A stretch of 64,000 bases of DNA from the IMG/VR virus record IMGVR_UViG_3300026118_000002, positions 1 to 64,000 of that record; one strand, given 5' to 3'. The stretch is from a virus. The position numbers and the translations under genes were made by a program. Position 1 is the first letter of the stretch. The number at the start of each line of letters is the position of its first letter. The notes beneath the pieces are model-generated. The model was given only the letters and a program-made list of their open reading frames with translations. It was not told where the DNA came from and ran no database searches. Shown here one piece after another: positions 26,010 through 34,433 of the stretch.

Positions 26010-28009
26010 CGGATCGCACACTGAACATCACATGGGGCGGCACGGCACCCTGGCTAAACTACGGATACGGCGTCACGACCGAACTGGTTGTGCCGCGCCT
26101 TCGTGATCGCCTCGGTCACGAAATGAGCATCAGCGCCTACTACGGGCTGCCGGGTGGCAAGCTGACTTGGCGCGGCATCCCGGTCTATCCATCCGGCTTT
26201 GCGGCCTTCGGTAACGATATTCACGCTGCGAATGCCAGGCAAGCGGGTGCCGATCTGCTCATAACGCACCAGGACGCCTGGCCGCAGTCGCCCGCGCAAC
26301 TCACCGCGAACGGCACGCGCTGGTGTGCGTGGGCTCCCATCGATAGTGAGCCCATCGCACCGCAGATCGCGATCCGGCTGAAAGAGTGCTATCAGGCGAT
26401 TGCGCTCTCACACTTCGGTCAGCAGCAGGCCGCCGCCGCCGGACTCGATCTACCGCTCGTGGTCCAGGGCGTTGACACCGGCGTCTTCACGCCCGGCAGC
26501 AAAGCCGAGGCGCGCGAACGCCTCGGATGGCCGCAGGATGCGTTTATCGTCGGCATGGTCGCGATGAACACCGGCTACCCGTCGCGCAAAGCTTATCCGC
26601 AGCAGTTAGAGGCGTTCGGTCAGTTCTTCCAGCGCCATAGCGATGCCATGATCTATCTGCACTGCTTTGGCGAACCGGAACTGGATGAGAACGCGATCCC
26701 GCTCGTGTGGCACCTGGAGCGCTACGGCGCACAGCACGCGGCGCTGTGGGCCGATCCTTATCAACTCGCCGTCGGCTACACGCAAGCGCAGATGGTGGAC
26801 CGCTACCGCGCCTTTGACGTGCTCTTGTGTGTGAGTATGAGCGAGGGTTTCGGCATCCCCTTAATCGAGGCGCAGGCGTGTGGCTGCCCTGTCATCGTCG
26901 GCGACTGGACGGCGATGAGCGAGAACTGCTACACCGGCTGGAAGGTCGCAAAAGAGGATAGCGAGCCGTGGCCGACATCCCCGCTGCGCTGCTTCTGGCG
27001 CTTGCCACATATCGGCGCGATTGTTGAGAAGTTAGAACTGGCGTACATCACACAACACGTCGCTGGTCCTGATCACCCGTCTAGCAGGCGGGCTCTTGGT
27101 GAGCGGGCACGCGCTGCTGTTGTTGCTAATCACGATCAGGACATGCTGATCGATACGCAATGGCGCGCGGTGCTGAACGACCTTGCGCAGCGCATCGCTG
27201 ATGAGCCGACGCCCTGGCACCGCCATCAGTGGGCTGCCTATGGGCATCAGAACGGGCGCGGCGTGATTATGCCGTGTACGGTCAGGGATTGCCCGGCTGA
27301 GAGCACTGGTGATGCGATTGCACCAACAGGCTTCCCGCTCGTGATCGACGGCATCACGCTCGACATCGCCGACGATCCGAACGGTGGGGTCAAGCACGCG
27401 ATCGCACACGAGATCACCTCGGTCTACCGGCTGCAAGACCTGGTCTTTCAGCCCGGCGATGTGGTGATCGACGTGGGCGCACATGTCGGCGTGGTGAGCT
27501 GTTATCTCGCAAAGAAGTGGCCGCGCATTTTCATTATAGCAATCGAGCCTGTTCCTGCAAATTATGATCGGCTCGTGCGGAACGTGGTAACGAACGGCTG
27601 CGCGAACGTGAAACACATCCATTCCGCTATCACGAGTGATCGACGCGATCTACTGCTCTCTGGCGATCCGGGAGTCAACAGCGGTCACTACAGCGCCTTT
27701 GCTGAGACCGGGCCAGACAGCATACTCGTTGCCAGTATGACGCTTGGCGATCTGCTAGAGACCTATGGCATCCCTTACATTGCCATGTTGAAACTCGACT
27801 GCGAGGGCGCAGAATACGAGATCGTCTATGGACCAGAACTACTCCATCGAATGGATACGCTTGTGATGGAGGTCCATGAGAACGCGCGGCTGATTGCCGC
27901 GCATGGCACCGGCGCGGCACTTGTGGAATACGCCAATCGCTTCATCCCGATCGTGCGCACGAGCGTGATCACGATTCCTGATGCGGAGGAGGTACCGCAT
28001 GGCCGTTGA
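26006..28009 (+). CDS. GT4 glycosyltransferase fused to an FkbM-family SAM methyltransferase
   Basis: EGFGIPLIEAQACGCPVI (EX7E); IDVGAHVG, IEPVPANY, LKLDCEGAEY, MEVH. Confidence 0.9.
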   Translation: MTDRTLNITWGGTAPWLNYGYGVTTELVVPRLRDRLGHEMSISAYYGLPGGKLTWRGIPVYPSGFAAFGNDIHAANARQAGADLLITHQDAWPQSPAQLTANGTRWCAWAPIDSEPIAPQIAIRLKECYQAIALSHFGQQQAAAAGLDLPLVVQGVDTGVFTPGSKAEARERLGWPQDAFIVGMVAMNTGYPSRKAYPQQLEAFGQFFQRHSDAMIYLHCFGEPELDENAIPLVWHLERYGAQHAALWADPYQLAVGYTQAQMVDRYRAFDVLLCVSMSEGFGIPLIEAQACGCPVIVGDWTAMSENCYTGWKVAKEDSEPWPTSPLRCFWRLPHIGAIVEKLELAYITQHVAGPDHPSSRRALGERARAAVVANHDQDMLIDTQWRAVLNDLAQRIADEPTPWHRHQWAAYGHQNGRGVIMPCTVRDCPAESTGDAIAPTGFPLVIDGITLDIADDPNGGVKHAIAHEITSVYRLQDLVFQPGDVVIDVGAHVGVVSCYLAKKWPRIFIIAIEPVPANYDRLVRNVVTNGCANVKHIHSAITSDRRDLLLSGDPGVNSGHYSAFAETGPDSILVASMTLGDLLETYGIPYIAMLKLDCEGAEYEIVYGPELLHRMDTLVMEVHENARLIAAHGTGAALVEYANRFIPIVRTSVITIPDAEEVPHGR

Positions 28010-28211
28010 TGCCACGGTCGTCTTGCGACTCGACCCCGCCGATGTGGAGCGTATCCAGGCGATTCTGACCCAGCAGGTCGAAATCATCGGCCTACTCAAC
28101 GAGCTGCTGAAACGGCAGCCTGCGAACGCCGATCTCATTGGCCCATTTCTGAACGATCCGGCAGCGACTATCTTTCATCCCCGGCGCGAGCCGGAAGGCA
28201 ACGGCGAATAA
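27999..28211 (+). CDS. Hypothetical protein sharing GPFLND with the tail tube
   Basis: SD GGAGG. Confidence 0.65.
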   Translation: MAVDATVVLRLDPADVERIQAILTQQVEIIGLLNELLKRQPANADLIGPFLNDPAATIFHPRREPEGNGE

Positions 28212-28226
28212 CCAGAGGAGATCATC

Positions 28227-28622
28227 ATGCCACTTCCGATCCAAGGCCCCAACGGCAAAGTTCTGGCCGGCACCGTCCCGCTCATCTTCATCCAAGACTG
28301 GACCGGCGACATTAAGCAGGAAAAACAGGTGCTTGGCCCGTTTCTGAATGACGCGGGCAATCTCTACTACTCGCGCACGTCGCGCAGTCTCGCGTGGTCC
28401 ATGAAGGGCATCGTGCCGAGCGGGCGTGATGCGAGCCAGACCGGCATCATCACCGCGCTCACCGGCGGCACCGATACGCCGATCACGCTGATGTCAACGG
28501 CGGGGTACACCGTCACGATTACCAACGCCTTTGTCGAGAGCGTGAAATTAGGCCACGACGCAAAAGGGACGGCAACATTCGAGGCGTCGGGACTCGATGA
28601 CGGCGGCTTTGTGGTCGTATAA
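28227..28622 (+). CDS. Major tail tube protein
   Basis: SD GAGGAG; 131 aa beta pattern; upstream of chaperone and tape measure. Confidence 0.7.
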   Translation: MPLPIQGPNGKVLAGTVPLIFIQDWTGDIKQEKQVLGPFLNDAGNLYYSRTSRSLAWSMKGIVPSGRDASQTGIITALTGGTDTPITLMSTAGYTVTITNAFVESVKLGHDAKGTATFEASGLDDGGFVVV

Positions 28623-28652
28623 GCTAGATACTAGCTTTAGATACTGTTAGGA

Positions 28653-29126
28653 ATGTGTGTGTCTGACTTTGATGAGTTCAACCCCTCGTCGCAACTGAAC
28701 GGGGCGGGCGGCGACTATGCGACCGCCGACGATCTGCTCACGCTCTCGGATATGTTCGAGCAGGACGTGACGATCACCCGCTGGCACAAGAACGGCAAGC
28801 CGCTCAAGATTCGTGTACGGGCGCTTGACCTTGATCAGCAAGAGCGCATCCTGAACGACGCGCTTATTCAGAATGCGAAAACCGGGCTGTGGGAAACCAG
28901 CGACGCGGCCTATTGCGCAGCGACGTTGCGCGAGATGTGCGTGGTACCGAAGCTGAACGACGATCAGGCGCAGCGCATGCGCGGACATAATCCGACGATC
29001 ATCAAATCACTCGTGCGCTACGGATGGAAGCTCTCTACGCTCGATGACAGTCGCCTGGAAGCAGAGGCCGCGAAGCTTGCCGAACAGCACGCCACAACTG
29101 AGTCTGTCACTGAAAGCGGCGCATAA
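28653..29126 (+). CDS. Tail assembly chaperone (G-like)
   Basis: KIRVRALD...VVPKL pattern; position. Confidence 0.7.
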   Translation: MCVSDFDEFNPSSQLNGAGGDYATADDLLTLSDMFEQDVTITRWHKNGKPLKIRVRALDLDQQERILNDALIQNAKTGLWETSDAAYCAATLREMCVVPKLNDDQAQRMRGHNPTIIKSLVRYGWKLSTLDDSRLEAEAAKLAEQHATTESVTESGA

Positions 29127-29541
29127 TACGCAGCGTTGGGTGCGTGTGATCGCGAAACGCTACCACTGCCCCGCTGCGGTTATGCGTCATCAGCTCCGCA
29201 CCGCGCGCAACCTCGAAGAAGAGGTTGCGCCGATTATTGCCGACTACATCCTGGCTGAGGCCCGCGCGCTGAACCAAGGCGATAACACACTAGCGGATGA
29301 TGATGTCAGTGTGCTGAGTGTGGCGATCCGGCGCTGCGCGGCACTGCTCGCGCCGACGCAGGCACTGCCGACACGCCAGGCGCTGTTCGGCGGCACGCCG
29401 GTGAAGACGCTGAAAGACTATGAGACGGATGCGCCGGTTGTGCCGCGTGAGCAGCAGGACTCAGCGACACAGGCGCGCTTGGATGCGCAGACGAACGATA
29501 TTCTGGCGCTGTTGAAAGCTGATCAGCGACCGATGGAGTAA
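29044..29541 (+). CDS. Second tail chaperone ORF (T-like), start unclear
   Basis: Fills the gap before the tape measure; +1 frame relative to the upstream gene; no clear SD. Confidence 0.55.
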   Translation: MTVAWKQRPRSLPNSTPQLSLSLKAAHNTQRWVRVIAKRYHCPAAVMRHQLRTARNLEEEVAPIIADYILAEARALNQGDNTLADDDVSVLSVAIRRCAALLAPTQALPTRQALFGGTPVKTLKDYETDAPVVPREQQDSATQARLDAQTNDILALLKADQRPME

Positions 29542-29548
29542 ACGCACT

Positions 29549-32443
29549 TTGGGTCAAGTTGCCGCAGAATTGGTCGTAGAAGTCCAGGGCCGTGCCGTCA
29601 ACGTTGACGAGATACTCGCGCGCGTGGAGACGGAGGCACGACAGACCGATGCGGCGGCGCAGCAGCTTGCGGCGACGTTTAGCAGCCAGCTCGCCAGTGC
29701 AGGGCAGGCGGGTGCGGCGTCAATCCAACAGGTAGTGGAGGCGTTGCGCACGGCAAGCGCGGCGGCGGGACTTGATGAGTCGCAATTCCTCACATTAGCC
29801 GGGGCGCTCTCGCAAGAGGCGCTCGCGGCGGGTAATGCGGCGCAAGCCGATCAGATTCTTGAGCAGGCACTCCTGTCCGAGTCGCAACGCGCGCAGCAGG
29901 CAACAAGTGCGATCACGCAACTCTCACAGGCTCAACAGCAGCAATCGCAATCGGCTGGGCTTGGCGCGTCCTACGGGAATGCGTTCGCGGGCAGCCTGAC
30001 CAGTATCATTGGTCCGGCAGCGGCAGCGGGCGCAGCGATTCAACTCGTACGTAGCGCGATCGGACAGGCCGAAGAGGGATTCAAGCTTCAGGCGTCATTC
30101 GACCAAGCGCATGCCTCACTTGCGATCCTGCTTAACGGCGTACGCGATAGCGGCGCGGTGTGGGCGGGCGCGGCAGCGTTTGCGGATCGCTACAAGCTGA
30201 CGCAGCAGGAAGTAACCGAGGCGGTTCAAGCATCCTCTCGCGTCATCCGGCAGACCAAAGCGCCAATCGAGGATGTCTTAGGCGCATTCGCACGACTCAA
30301 AGTGCTAGCTCCCGAGAAGTCGTTTCAGGACGCGGCGCGTGCGCTTGGCGAATTGCAGGCAGGACAGACCGGCAGCCTAAATAAGATGTTTAACGTGCCG
30401 CTCGCCTATGCGCACAAGATGAAACAGGAGATCGACGGCGGCGCGGATGCCGTGGTGGTGCTGAATAAATATCTGGATACCACCGGCGTCACGATGGGCG
30501 CGCTCGACGCGCAGACGAAGGGCGCGACCGGCAAGCTCAAGGAAATGGCGCAAGCCAGCGAGCGATTGCAACTTGCTTTGAGCGGCGGATCGGGCGGGCC
30601 GGGACTGGCTCTTATTGACGAGAAGATCGCAATCACGACTGGATTGACCCGCGTGCTGTCGGCAGACACGGCGCAAATGGGACAGAGCATCGTCCAGGCC
30701 GGGCAGCAGGGCAGCACGTCATTCCAGGGACTGATCTCCGCGCTTGGTCCGTTAGGCCCGCTCATCTCACAAGCCACTGGCTACGCGGGCGCGCACGCCG
30801 ATGCACTACGGGCCGATGCGGCAGCGGCTCAGGCACAAGCCACCGCTGCGGCGGAAGCATCACAGGGGATCAATCTCCAATCGTCGGCGATGATTCAGGC
30901 TGCCGCTGCCGCTGAGGCTGCGCGTCAGGCTGCCGCCGATCACGCGATTGCTGTGCAAGACAGCGCGCAAGCATCCGCTGCCGATAGCATCGCTAAGAAC
31001 GAGCAGGCGTCTGTCACCGAACTGCTCACCCTCCAGACCAACAACACGGTTAGCGCCTTTCTTGATCTGAATCCGAATCTGAGCGCGAGCGCGGCGGCGG
31101 CGGCGGCGGCGGCAGCGGGCTACGCCCCCGAGATCGCCAAGCTGATCGAAATGGCGGCGCGGGCGCGAGACGCACGAGGCGAGATCGCAGCACTGAATGC
31201 GCAAGCTGGCATTGCGTCGCGCACTCAGCAGGACTTTCGTGCGGGCGAGAGATCGGGGGGCGAATTTAACACTGCCGCTGATCAGGCGCGCGCGGCGGGC
31301 GCGCGACAGGCACAACTCCGCATCACACAAGAGGCCACCGACGCGGAAGACAAGTACAACCGACAGATCGGTAACTTCGGCCCAGTGCGGGCGCGGATCG
31401 AGTCTGAACTTGCGCTTGCGCGGGCGCGCGGCGACAAGGCAGCCGAATTTAACGCACTCACACAACTTGATCAGCTTGACGATAAAGTAGCAAAAGCGCA
31501 CAAGGCGCGCGGTGGGGCCAAACTCTCCGACACACAGAAACTCGACAACAGCCTCCTTGCACAGCAGGACAAAACCAACAATCAGGCTGAAGACGCCGCG
31601 CTCAAACACGAGAAGAAAATCGAGGCCATAGAACAGGCAGCCTACCAAAAGCGCCTTGACGCTGAGAAAGCATTCAATCAAGACGAACTTGACGCGAACG
31701 CTTCCTTCTACGAGCAACTGGGCTCCGTCGGTAGTAGCGGCAACGCCAAGATCGATCAGCAGCTCCGCAAAGAGTTGAGTGCGCGCCGTGAGAACGCGGT
31801 ACTGGAAGCGCAGAAACTGGGCGGCGATCAGGGCGATGCGTTTCTCAAGGCGAGTGAGGCGGCGATCTCCAAAGAAGGCCAGATCCAAGACAAGATCAAC
31901 AAGGCCAAACAAGAGAAGAACGGCGGGGAAGCGGAGTACCAGGCGGGCATTCTCGCACTGCAAAAGAAGGCTGACGATGCGCGACTCGAATCAATCCGCA
32001 CCGGCGGCAGCCAGATCGAGAATGAGCGCAAGAAGCAACTTGCGGACGAGGATAGCGCGTACCAGGAGCAGACTGGTAAGATTCAGACAGCCGCCGAGCG
32101 CGCACGCGATGCCAAGATTCTTGCCGCCGAGCGATCCGGGAAAGCCATTGACGTAGAGAATTTGAAGTTAGGCAAGCAAGCCGATCTACTTGACCGCATT
32201 GGCGGTGCGGCGGGCGGGCGAACAACCACGCCGCTTGGCACCCCAACGACTGCCGGTGCTGCCCCGCCGGCAGCGCTCGGCGGCGCAACGGTCGCTGGGC
32301 CATCAGGACCGCTTGACCTGAGTGCGCTCTTGTCTAAGCTTGACGAACTGAAAGACGCAGTCGTGGCAGCGGAGCGGCAAGGGGCGCAACAGGTCACAAG
32401 TGCGGTCCGTGGTGCGCAAGCGAGCGGCGGGGTCGCGGGCTGA
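29549..32443 (+). CDS. Tape measure protein
   Basis: 964 aa Ala/Gln-rich helical; starts VAAELVVEV; SD GGAG. Confidence 0.9.
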   Translation: MGQVAAELVVEVQGRAVNVDEILARVETEARQTDAAAQQLAATFSSQLASAGQAGAASIQQVVEALRTASAAAGLDESQFLTLAGALSQEALAAGNAAQADQILEQALLSESQRAQQATSAITQLSQAQQQQSQSAGLGASYGNAFAGSLTSIIGPAAAAGAAIQLVRSAIGQAEEGFKLQASFDQAHASLAILLNGVRDSGAVWAGAAAFADRYKLTQQEVTEAVQASSRVIRQTKAPIEDVLGAFARLKVLAPEKSFQDAARALGELQAGQTGSLNKMFNVPLAYAHKMKQEIDGGADAVVVLNKYLDTTGVTMGALDAQTKGATGKLKEMAQASERLQLALSGGSGGPGLALIDEKIAITTGLTRVLSADTAQMGQSIVQAGQQGSTSFQGLISALGPLGPLISQATGYAGAHADALRADAAAAQAQATAAAEASQGINLQSSAMIQAAAAAEAARQAAADHAIAVQDSAQASAADSIAKNEQASVTELLTLQTNNTVSAFLDLNPNLSASAAAAAAAAAGYAPEIAKLIEMAARARDARGEIAALNAQAGIASRTQQDFRAGERSGGEFNTAADQARAAGARQAQLRITQEATDAEDKYNRQIGNFGPVRARIESELALARARGDKAAEFNALTQLDQLDDKVAKAHKARGGAKLSDTQKLDNSLLAQQDKTNNQAEDAALKHEKKIEAIEQAAYQKRLDAEKAFNQDELDANASFYEQLGSVGSSGNAKIDQQLRKELSARRENAVLEAQKLGGDQGDAFLKASEAAISKEGQIQDKINKAKQEKNGGEAEYQAGILALQKKADDARLESIRTGGSQIENERKKQLADEDSAYQEQTGKIQTAAERARDAKILAAERSGKAIDVENLKLGKQADLLDRIGGAAGGRTTTPLGTPTTAGAAPPAALGGATVAGPSGPLDLSALLSKLDELKDAVVAAERQGAQQVTSAVRGAQASGGVAG

Positions 32444-32823
32444 TGAGCTACTTGACGATGTATGGCAACGTATTCGACGGACTGCCGAATGGCACAGATG
32501 GGCAGGCGCATTGGCAGCCCACGAGTTATGCCGTCAAAGAGAAGCGGGTCAACGTCGTCCTAGAGGCAGCCAACGGCACGCGCAATCTTGTCGAGCGTAG
32601 CGTCTTGAAGCATGTTTGGGAGATCGGATGGGAGCCGACGAACAACGCGACGATGCTGACCTTACGAGGGATCGCGCGCCTCTATACCACATTCACGCTG
32701 ATCGACATAGAGGCGGTATCGTTCACCGCGCAAATCGAAGACGAGTTCGCGCCAGAATGGGCGTTCAATACCCCGGCAGGCGCGGCGTTCTGGAAGTGCA
32801 AACTCGTTATTCACGAGAAATAA
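32443..32823 (+). CDS. Distal tail-like protein
   Basis: Follows the tape measure; size. Confidence 0.6.
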   Translation: MSYLTMYGNVFDGLPNGTDGQAHWQPTSYAVKEKRVNVVLEAANGTRNLVERSVLKHVWEIGWEPTNNATMLTLRGIARLYTTFTLIDIEAVSFTAQIEDEFAPEWAFNTPAGAAFWKCKLVIHEK

Positions 32824-34320
32824 ATGCCGCTTAGTGACTATCTGCTTGAGATCAAACCTGCCGGTACCTGGATACCCATCGCCGATGGGGATGTGCTCAG
32901 CGTGCGCGGCTCGTGGTCTGTATCGAGCAACGAAAACAGTGGTGTGGCGTTCGGCGACGATACGGATGCGTCAATCTCAGGTGAACTCACACTGAATAAT
33001 TGGTCAAATATCAACCACTTCACGCCAATCCGCTATACCACGACGATGGATGCGGATACAACCAAGACCTTTACCGGTGTGATCACGCGACACGCGCGCG
33101 ACATGAGCAAGATCAGCCTTGACGCGACGGGGATGAAGGCCCTTGTAGCCGCAACCAAGGTGTACTCACCCTCATTCGCGCGCCGACCCGTCGCCACGAA
33201 GACGACAAGTAGCAGCATCGAGAATCCAGCGACAGCCGGCTATGTGGCGGGGCATATCAACTATTTGCTCTTTACCGCCGGCGGATGGCCGTACGAGCAA
33301 GCAGGCAGCAACCCCACAGCGACGTTTTACTACAGTTGCGACCATGCCGTTCTCGCGCCAGACTGGACGTGGGCTGCCGGGGAGGATGCGTGGGCCGAAT
33401 GTTTGCAACTCGCCAAGGATAGCGGCGGGCAGATGTACCAGGACGCGAATGGCGTCGTGCGCTATCGGCAGATCGTCGGCTATGGCGGGCAGACAACGAG
33501 CGACACGTTGACCGAGGGCGACTATGCCGAGATCGAGCAGGTGATTGATCCGGGCTTGATCTTCGCGACCAAGATCACCTGTCAGTACGTGCCACGACGA
33601 CGGCTGGGCTTGCAAGAGATCGCCGACGACACCACACCACACCATATCGAGCCCGGCGAGACGGCGACGATCGTGATCGAACAACAGAATCCCATTGCCT
33701 TCAACGCCGATGGCACACACTCACTTGAAGCCGCAACACCGGGCGGCTCGCAACTCAAGCCGGCAGCGCTCGTGGTTGCGCAGCAGGACGGCACGACGAT
33801 TCAGCAAGGCGCGGGCGGCTATGCGCACACGCTCGACGTGAAGGCTGCGCGGGTCACCATTACGGTGACGAACAATTCAAGCAAGGCATGTACGGTATGG
33901 CGCGTGCGTCTGAACGCCTGCCCGATCGTCGTAGGGGAGGCGGGCAGCGTGTCAGCCGATAGCGGCGCAACGCCGGTGGTTGAGCGCATCCTAGAGCAGT
34001 CGCCGTACATTCAGAACGCGAGCGCGGCGCAGAGAATAGCCGATATGACGCTTGCCTTCTACGGCGCGGCCCGCCCGATGGTGACTGCGCGCGGCTGTGT
34101 GCATATCCCGAGCCGCGCAATCGGTAATGCGCTGTTGCTGACGTGTACGCCGTGGTCTATGAGTGCGCAGAAACATGTCGTGCTCAGTAAATCACATGAT
34201 GACACAGGCGTGAAGGATGATCTGGTTTTGGCGTACGTGGAGGATTTGCCCGCTACGTCGGCGTTTTTCATTGTTGGACATACCTATGTAGCGTCGGATA
34301 ACCGGCTGTTGGGGTGGTGA
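32824..34320 (+). CDS. Tail hub/minor tail protein
   Basis: FTGVI...LQLAKDSGGQMYQDANGVVRY hub pattern. Confidence 0.7.
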   Translation: MPLSDYLLEIKPAGTWIPIADGDVLSVRGSWSVSSNENSGVAFGDDTDASISGELTLNNWSNINHFTPIRYTTTMDADTTKTFTGVITRHARDMSKISLDATGMKALVAATKVYSPSFARRPVATKTTSSSIENPATAGYVAGHINYLLFTAGGWPYEQAGSNPTATFYYSCDHAVLAPDWTWAAGEDAWAECLQLAKDSGGQMYQDANGVVRYRQIVGYGGQTTSDTLTEGDYAEIEQVIDPGLIFATKITCQYVPRRRLGLQEIADDTTPHHIEPGETATIVIEQQNPIAFNADGTHSLEAATPGGSQLKPAALVVAQQDGTTIQQGAGGYAHTLDVKAARVTITVTNNSSKACTVWRVRLNACPIVVGEAGSVSADSGATPVVERILEQSPYIQNASAAQRIADMTLAFYGAARPMVTARGCVHIPSRAIGNALLLTCTPWSMSAQKHVVLSKSHDDTGVKDDLVLAYVEDLPATSAFFIVGHTYVASDNRLLGW

Positions 34321-34412
34321 GTGTGGGCAGGATTCTAACCTACCTGACATTGACGGTTCGCGCTCCCCGTCGCATCTGCCCGCATCAGCATAGACTGCGC
34401 GATCACACTCAC
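34315..34412 (-). ncRNA. tRNA-like RNA, copy 2, with encoded CCA, antisense to the tail operon
   Basis: GAGTGTG/CACACTC-A-CCA acceptor; GGTAGG-TTAGAAT-CCTGCC T-like arm; CGCA/TGCG and GACGG/CCGTC arms; TGcTATAAT at 34429-34421. Confidence 0.7.
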
Positions 34413-34433
34413 TTGAGAGGATTATAGCACAAA

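Noticed and set aside
27364-27384. Third copy of the CCGACGATCC box
   Set aside because: Inside coding sequence (ADDPNG), with no hairpin or promoter
28621-28646. AAGCTAG-ATA-CTAGCTT palindrome before the tail chaperone
   Set aside because: Single weak 7-bp stem; it may be a minor attenuator but there is no supporting copy
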